A stretch of DNA of 63,906 nucleotides, the filler included, from an uncultured bacterium (GTDB lineage Bacteria; DAOPZR01): assembly GCA_964637655.1 (NCBI GenBank). It is 3 parts of 3 records of this genome, joined end to end, with 100 filler letters (N's around TTAATTAATTAA, not from the genome) between each part and the next. Parts side by side here need not be neighbours in the genome. Positions count along the whole stretch, not along the records: positions 54,922 to 63,906 come from CAZWUZ010000160.1; 2 more parts are not named here. One strand, 5' to 3'. The first letter of the stretch is position 1. Each line of letters starts with the position of its first letter. The notes beneath the pieces were generated by a model. It ran no database searches. It was not told the origin of the DNA and saw only the letters and a list, made by a program, of their open reading frames with translations. This document shows, in pieces, positions 59,492 through 63,906 of this stretch. The position numbers and the translations under genes were made by a program.

Positions 59492-60391
59492 TCAGGGCTG
59501 CAGGATGTCCGCCAGCGGTACGCCCGACTGCGCGACTCCCGCCACCTCGGCATCCGTCAGTTGCCGGTTGAACACCGCAAAATCGTCGACGTAAATGCCA
59601 TCCTGGTTCAGTTTGAAGCCCGGGCCGCTTTCATTGCCACTGGTTCCGGGATAGCCGCCAAGGTACAGGACATTGTCCTGGGCGATGGCCGATTGCAGGT
59701 TTTGCATGTTGCCGCGGTTTCCGGCTTCGTTCATTCCCGGAATCCCGTCGAGGTAAGTACAGAACCCGTTCTGGCCCCATGACTGCGTCAGGTGATAATA
59801 GCGCCCTGGCTGCAGTGCCGGAGCCAGGGTGGCGGAGAAAACCGATGCATTGAACCTGAGAAAATGCATGCACAGTTTGTATTGATGATCGGGATAATAG
59901 AACGCACTCGGATAGGAACGGCTGTAGCACCAGAAGAACGTGCGGTCGCGCGGATTGTCCACACGTACCCAGCCCATCACTGTCGCCTCACGCAAAAATG
60001 CGGTGCCCGGCACGTTATAGAGCAGCGGTGCATCGACAAAGAGCCGCCGCGCTTCGCCGAACTGACCGGGTATCAGTTCCACCGGTCGGGACGAGGTGGT
60101 GCCGTTATCCTGCACGGTCCCCGCATCGAACGGCTCGAACACATACAGGTCTGCGCTTTGCAGGGTGGTGGGCGGCGCTGCCGCTTGTGCCGTCTGCGGC
60201 TGCGCATACTGACGGCGAACGAAACGTGCCGGATCATTCTGCTGCAGGCGCCCGCTGCCGAGATACCATACCGCCCCGCCCACCGTAAACAGGCCGACAA
60301 TCAGCAGCACCCCGATGATAATGCCGATAGTCACGAGTTGCCACTTGCTCAGCCCTGCCGTGCTCTTGCTCTCCCCGTTATCCACCGTCAC
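59492..60391 (-). CDS. Membrane-anchored LamG/ConA-like protein, paralogue B
   Basis: Same architecture as paralogue A; SD GGAGG + GTG. Confidence 0.85.
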   Translation of the reverse strand: MTVDNGESKSTAGLSKWQLVTIGIIIGVLLIVGLFTVGGAVWYLGSGRLQQNDPARFVRRQYAQPQTAQAAAPPTTLQSADLYVFEPFDAGTVQDNGTTSSRPVELIPGQFGEARRLFVDAPLLYNVPGTAFLREATVMGWVRVDNPRDRTFFWCYSRSYPSAFYYPDHQYKLCMHFLRFNASVFSATLAPALQPGRYYHLTQSWGQNGFCTYLDGIPGMNEAGNRGNMQNLQSAIAQDNVLYLGGYPGTSGNESGPGFKLNQDGIYVDDFAVFNRQLTDAEVAGVAQSGVPLADILQP

Positions 60392-60492
60392 ACCTCCATG
60401 GTCGTCTGGTCTCCGCCCCTTGATATAGACGCACCAGGCGCGCTAAGGTTACCATATTCTGCTGTTTGGCGGGCATACTGCGCTTCCCCCGC

Positions 60493-61389
60493 TCAGGATG
60501 CCGCCTGCAGCACTGCCCGGGCAGCCGCGGTCACGAACGGATTGGCCTGCCGCCGGCCCGTTGGTCCCCAGTCGATCCACGTGCCGCCGGTCGTAATCGT
60601 CGGCGCCGGCCGCCACAGCCGCCGCTCGAGCGGGAAACCCCCGTCAGGCAGCCGCTTCCCCGCAAGCAGGTCAAGCGCCTCAGCACAGCGCGGGTCATGC
60701 AGATAGCCCCCCTCGTGCAGCACCGTCAGCGCGAACAGCAGGTTGTAGTGATAGAAATGCGGGTAGTGAATGAGCGCGAACCGCGGGTCGATCAGCCGCC
60801 CGGTGCGCCGGCGCCAGAGCAGGCGCCGCGACAGCAGCACCTCCGCCGCCCGGTCCGCCGCCTCCTTCGCCCGCCGGTCCTTGTTCACTGTCGCCCAGAG
60901 CGCCAGCGCCCGCAGCGGAATCACCGTCTCATGCAGCGACGAGTGGCGCGCCCCGGGCCGCTTGTCGCAGTTCCAGCCGCCGTCAGGCCACTGCCAGCGG
61001 ATAAGCCGGTCGACCAGCTCCGCCGTGCGCCCGTCCTCGAGCCCGAGTTTCAGCGAATACCAGACCGCATACCCTTCCTGCCCGGCGCAGCGGCGGAAAC
61101 GTTCCTCCTGCCCGGGAATGAGCAGCGAGCGTGGCGGCCGCAGGTGGCGCGCGTCGAACAGGTAGGTATAGAACTGGTCGCGCAGCGGCAGCAGTTTCCG
61201 GTCGCCCGGCGGATGCCCGAGTTCCGCGAGCTGGTACAGCGTCCAGTGCGGGCCCATCCACTTCTGGTACGGGTTGGTCTGCCCGCGCTGCGGTGCCGTG
61301 ATGATCGGGCCGCGCCGTGCCACGGCCGCAAGTTCCCGGCAGCGCTGTTGCCGCAAGCGCTGCGCCGTCTCCATCGCCTGTCCCTTCAT
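60493..61389 (-). CDS. Prenyltransferase/squalene-cyclase-repeat-like hypothetical protein
   Basis: PYQKW.G.HW.L, WQWPDGGWNC, KRLPDGGF QW-type repeats. Confidence 0.7.
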   Translation of the reverse strand: MKGQAMETAQRLRQQRCRELAAVARRGPIITAPQRGQTNPYQKWMGPHWTLYQLAELGHPPGDRKLLPLRDQFYTYLFDARHLRPPRSLLIPGQEERFRRCAGQEGYAVWYSLKLGLEDGRTAELVDRLIRWQWPDGGWNCDKRPGARHSSLHETVIPLRALALWATVNKDRRAKEAADRAAEVLLSRRLLWRRRTGRLIDPRFALIHYPHFYHYNLLFALTVLHEGGYLHDPRCAEALDLLAGKRLPDGGFPLERRLWRPAPTITTGGTWIDWGPTGRRQANPFVTAAARAVLQAAS

Positions 61390-61416
61390 GTTTTCGCCTC
61401 TCTGACACCCGTCTGC

Positions 61417-61875
61417 TCAGCTGAAGTTGAGTGTCCCCTGCAGCAGCCCGAGCACTGCGACCGTCGCTCCCCAGACCGCGCAAATGGCTGCCGACCAGAG
61501 CGCGAGACGACTGCCGCGCCTGGCGGTCGAGCGCCAGCCGGCCAGGAAGGTCAAAGCCAGCAGGGCCAGGGCGACCGCCAGCCGCCCCTCGCAGTGACGG
61601 TAGCACTGGAACATCGAAAACTGGCGCCAGGAAAATATCGCGGCGGTCAGATACGCGAGCACGAACAGCACCGTGTACACCGGCCCGCCCCATGCGGGCC
61701 GCAGCCGCATGGCAGCCGCCGCCTGCACACAGAAACAGGCGGCAAAGAACGGCACCATCCAGTGATGGTGGACCTCCCGGATGAACCAGGGACTGAGCAG
61801 GCCGAAGAGGGCGATGTTGCCGGCCGCGACCGCAGCCGCGATCAGGAAGGGCGTCCGTACCGTCAGCGGATTCAT
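61417..61875 (-). CDS. Membrane protein
   Basis: About five hydrophobic segments from MNPLTVR. Confidence 0.6.
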   Translation of the reverse strand: MNPLTVRTPFLIAAAVAAGNIALFGLLSPWFIREVHHHWMVPFFAACFCVQAAAAMRLRPAWGGPVYTVLFVLAYLTAAIFSWRQFSMFQCYRHCEGRLAVALALLALTFLAGWRSTARRGSRLALWSAAICAVWGATVAVLGLLQGTLNFS

Positions 61876-61894
61876 CAGCGCACCGCTGCCTTCT

Positions 61895-62563
61895 TCACGA
61901 TGCAGCCGCAGACGGGAATAGCGCCTGCAGCAGCCGATGGCGCAGCAGGAAGCGGGCATAGTAGTAGGTTTCGCGCAGCAGGAACCGCGTCCGGCTTGCC
62001 GTCCCGACATAGCGCGTGGTCGGCGTGGGGGACGGATAGGCATCGAGCCCCAACACGTGTGCTTCCGCGATGGCGCGCCGCATATGCAGCGGGTCGCTGA
62101 CAATCAGGAGGCGTTTCGCTCCCCGTGCAGACAGCAGCTGTCGCGCCTGCGCGAGGTTCTCACGTGTAGAATGCGAGGCGGTTTCAATGGCAATAGCATC
62201 AGCCGCCACGCCGTGTGCCAGGCAGAACTGCCGCGCGGCTTCCGACTCGGCCAGCGTATCCCCGTCACCGATCCCGCCGGTCAGCACCAGTAAAGGGACC
62301 TGTCGGGTCGTGTACAGGGCAAGCGCATGCTGCAGGCGCTGGGTAAAGACCGGGGTCGGCTGGCCGTTATCGATCGCCGCCCCGAGAACGATGGCCGCAT
62401 CCGCCGGGGCCGTGTCGGTTATCGTGCTGTAGCGCGCGATGCTGACGGCCAGATACAGGCACCAGAGCAGCACGAGCACCGCGAGAACCACTGCCGCATG
62501 CCGGCACCAGCGGTGATGCGAGCCGGCCAGTCTCCGTCCCAATGCAGCCCCGCGTGTCAGCAT
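61895..62563 (-). CDS. YdcF/DUF218-family protein
   Basis: AAIVLGA, LTGG, E..S.STRENL, VSDPLHMRRA, LRE. Confidence 0.9.
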   Translation of the reverse strand: MLTRGAALGRRLAGSHHRWCRHAAVVLAVLVLLWCLYLAVSIARYSTITDTAPADAAIVLGAAIDNGQPTPVFTQRLQHALALYTTRQVPLLVLTGGIGDGDTLAESEAARQFCLAHGVAADAIAIETASHSTRENLAQARQLLSARGAKRLLIVSDPLHMRRAIAEAHVLGLDAYPSPTPTTRYVGTASRTRFLLRETYYYARFLLRHRLLQALFPSAAAS

Positions 62564-63000
62564 GTCGTGTGGATGAGCGCCGCAACCGGCCGGCCCGCAT
62601 CGCGCAGTTGATTGAACAGAATGACCGCCGCCGGGGTCGGCAGGAGACGCACGCGCTCGCGCAGCGACTCCGGCAGCGCCGTCACCGTCACCGCGCCGCT
62701 GTAGCCGGTTCCGACAATGATGAGCGTCGCTTCGCCGGCGCTGCCGCGCGGACACAGTGCCGCCAGTTCAGCACCCGTCACCTGATGCTGTTTCCCGGGC
62801 CGCAGTCGAAAACTGCCGTCGGCAAACAGATACAGATCAGCAACAGGGAGGGGGATGGCCGAATAGACCGTAAACCCGAACCAGTGGCAGCCGACGCGCT
62901 CGGCAGGATTGGCCGCCAGCCAGAGTGCCAGCAGCACGATCAGCGCCAGCGTTGCCCGGCGCTGCCGTGGCGTTTCGACCAGCCGCCGCATGATTCGCAT
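62557..63000 (-). CDS. Mth938/DUF498-like protein with N-terminal TM
   Basis: IIVGTGYSG...LPTPAAV..FN.L...VAALIHTTC. Confidence 0.82.
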   Translation of the reverse strand: MRIMRRLVETPRQRRATLALIVLLALWLAANPAERVGCHWFGFTVYSAIPLPVADLYLFADGSFRLRPGKQHQVTGAELAALCPRGSAGEATLIIVGTGYSGAVTVTALPESLRERVRLLPTPAAVILFNQLRDAGRPVAALIHTTC

Positions 63001-63205
63001 ATTGCCTCCCCGATGCTTCACTTCCCTCATATCATCCCGGCTGCTATTCTTCAACCGGCGCGTCGTGATGCTTGACGCGGCACGGTGGCGCATAGTAACT
63101 TCACGGGTACGGGAGCTGCCCGTCCCGCAGGAGCGCGTGATGACCAGGCAACCGGCATGAGCACGATCCGCATGAGCCGCCGCCGGACAGCCCCGGGCGG
63201 TCACC

Positions 63206-63906
63206 ATGGATAAGCAGCAACTGCTTGCGTATACGCGCACCATCGGCATCGACCTCACCGGGGTCACCACGCCGGAACCGTTTCCCCGCTATCTCGACGA
63301 ACTCGCCGCCCGCGCCGAACACTACCGGGCGCGCTACGCCCACCGGCTCGAGACCTGGCACACCCATGCCGAGCCGCTGCGCCTCCTCCCGGGCGCCCGG
63401 TCGGTCATCGTCATCGGCTACTATTACCTGGTCGACGAGCCCGGGCAGCAGGACGAGCCGTGCGGCCGGCTGGGACGCGTCGTCAGTTACGGCCATCCCG
63501 GCATTTTCAAGCGCGCAAAGCTGCTTTGTGCCTGGCTGCAGCGGCAGGGCTTTCAGGCGGTCATGGGAGCGCATCGCAAGGAGGCAGCAGTGCGCGCCGG
63601 GCTCGGGCTGATCGGCAACAATGCCCTCGTCTGCAACCCGCAGTTCGGTCAGTGGGTCGCCTACCAGAGCATCGTCACCGACGCGCCGCTGGACCCCGAT
63701 GCCCCCGCCACCGGCGACCTGTGCGGCAACTGCCGCCTCTGCCTCGACGCCTGCCCCACCGGTGCACTCTACGAACCGCACCGCCTCGATCCGCGCCGCT
63801 GCGTCACCTGCCTGCTCACCTCGCGCGACGTGCCCGCAGAACACTGGCCGGCGATGGGCACGCGCATCCTCGCCTGCGATGCCTGCCTCGAAGCGTGCCC
63901 GAAGAA
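63206..63906 (+). CDS. queG: Epoxyqueuosine reductase-like 4Fe-4S protein (runs off window)
   Basis: Manual translation: LLPGARSVIV, AAVRAGLGLIGNN, CGNCRLCLDACPTGAL, RRCVTC, CDACLEACP. Confidence 0.82.
   Translation, partial: MDKQQLLAYTRTIGIDLTGVTTPEPFPRYLDELAARAEHYRARYAHRLETWHTHAEPLRLLPGARSVIVIGYYYLVDEPGQQDEPCGRLGRVVSYGHPGIFKRAKLLCAWLQRQGFQAVMGAHRKEAAVRAGLGLIGNNALVCNPQFGQWVAYQSIVTDAPLDPDAPATGDLCGNCRLCLDACPTGALYEPHRLDPRRCVTCLLTSRDVPAEHWPAMGTRILACDACLEACPK

Noticed and set aside
58521-60391. Diversity-generating retroelement TR/VR pair
   Set aside because: Differences are not adenine-specific and include indels, both copies are full genes, and no reverse transcriptase is present.
63061-63205. 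Riboswitch (preQ1 or cobalamin) before the queG-like gene
   Set aside because: No conserved aptamer motifs recognised; an Infernal/Rfam scan would be needed.

Overview
High-GC bacterial sequence, probably a metagenome-assembled genome, made of three contigs joined by artificial 100-bp N/TTAATTAATTAA linkers (28043-28142, 54822-54921), so adjacency across the linkers is not biological evidence. Contig 1 holds envelope glycosyltransferases, tRNA-Thr/Tyr/Gly and tRNA-Leu. A low-GC island follows, with a C5 DNA methyltransferase coupled to a GHKL(MORC-like) ATPase-TIR fusion and a truncated IS3, then an operon of secreted lamin-tail-domain proteins ending in a >3300-aa putative amidase. Contig 2 holds a five-gene surface-protein locus (giant adhesin, DUF11-type subunit, CTD protein, PorV-like barrel) whose termini suggest a donor-strand, isopeptide-linked pilus. 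It also carries general-stress genes (csbD, YtxH, YggT, VIT, tal, korAB), ten copies of one conserved ~64-bp promoter architecture, and MITE/REP repeats. Contig 3 holds nhaD, gloA, a class II aldolase, two mosaic LamG paralogues and a queG-like gene. All calls come from reading motifs by eye; no searches were run.
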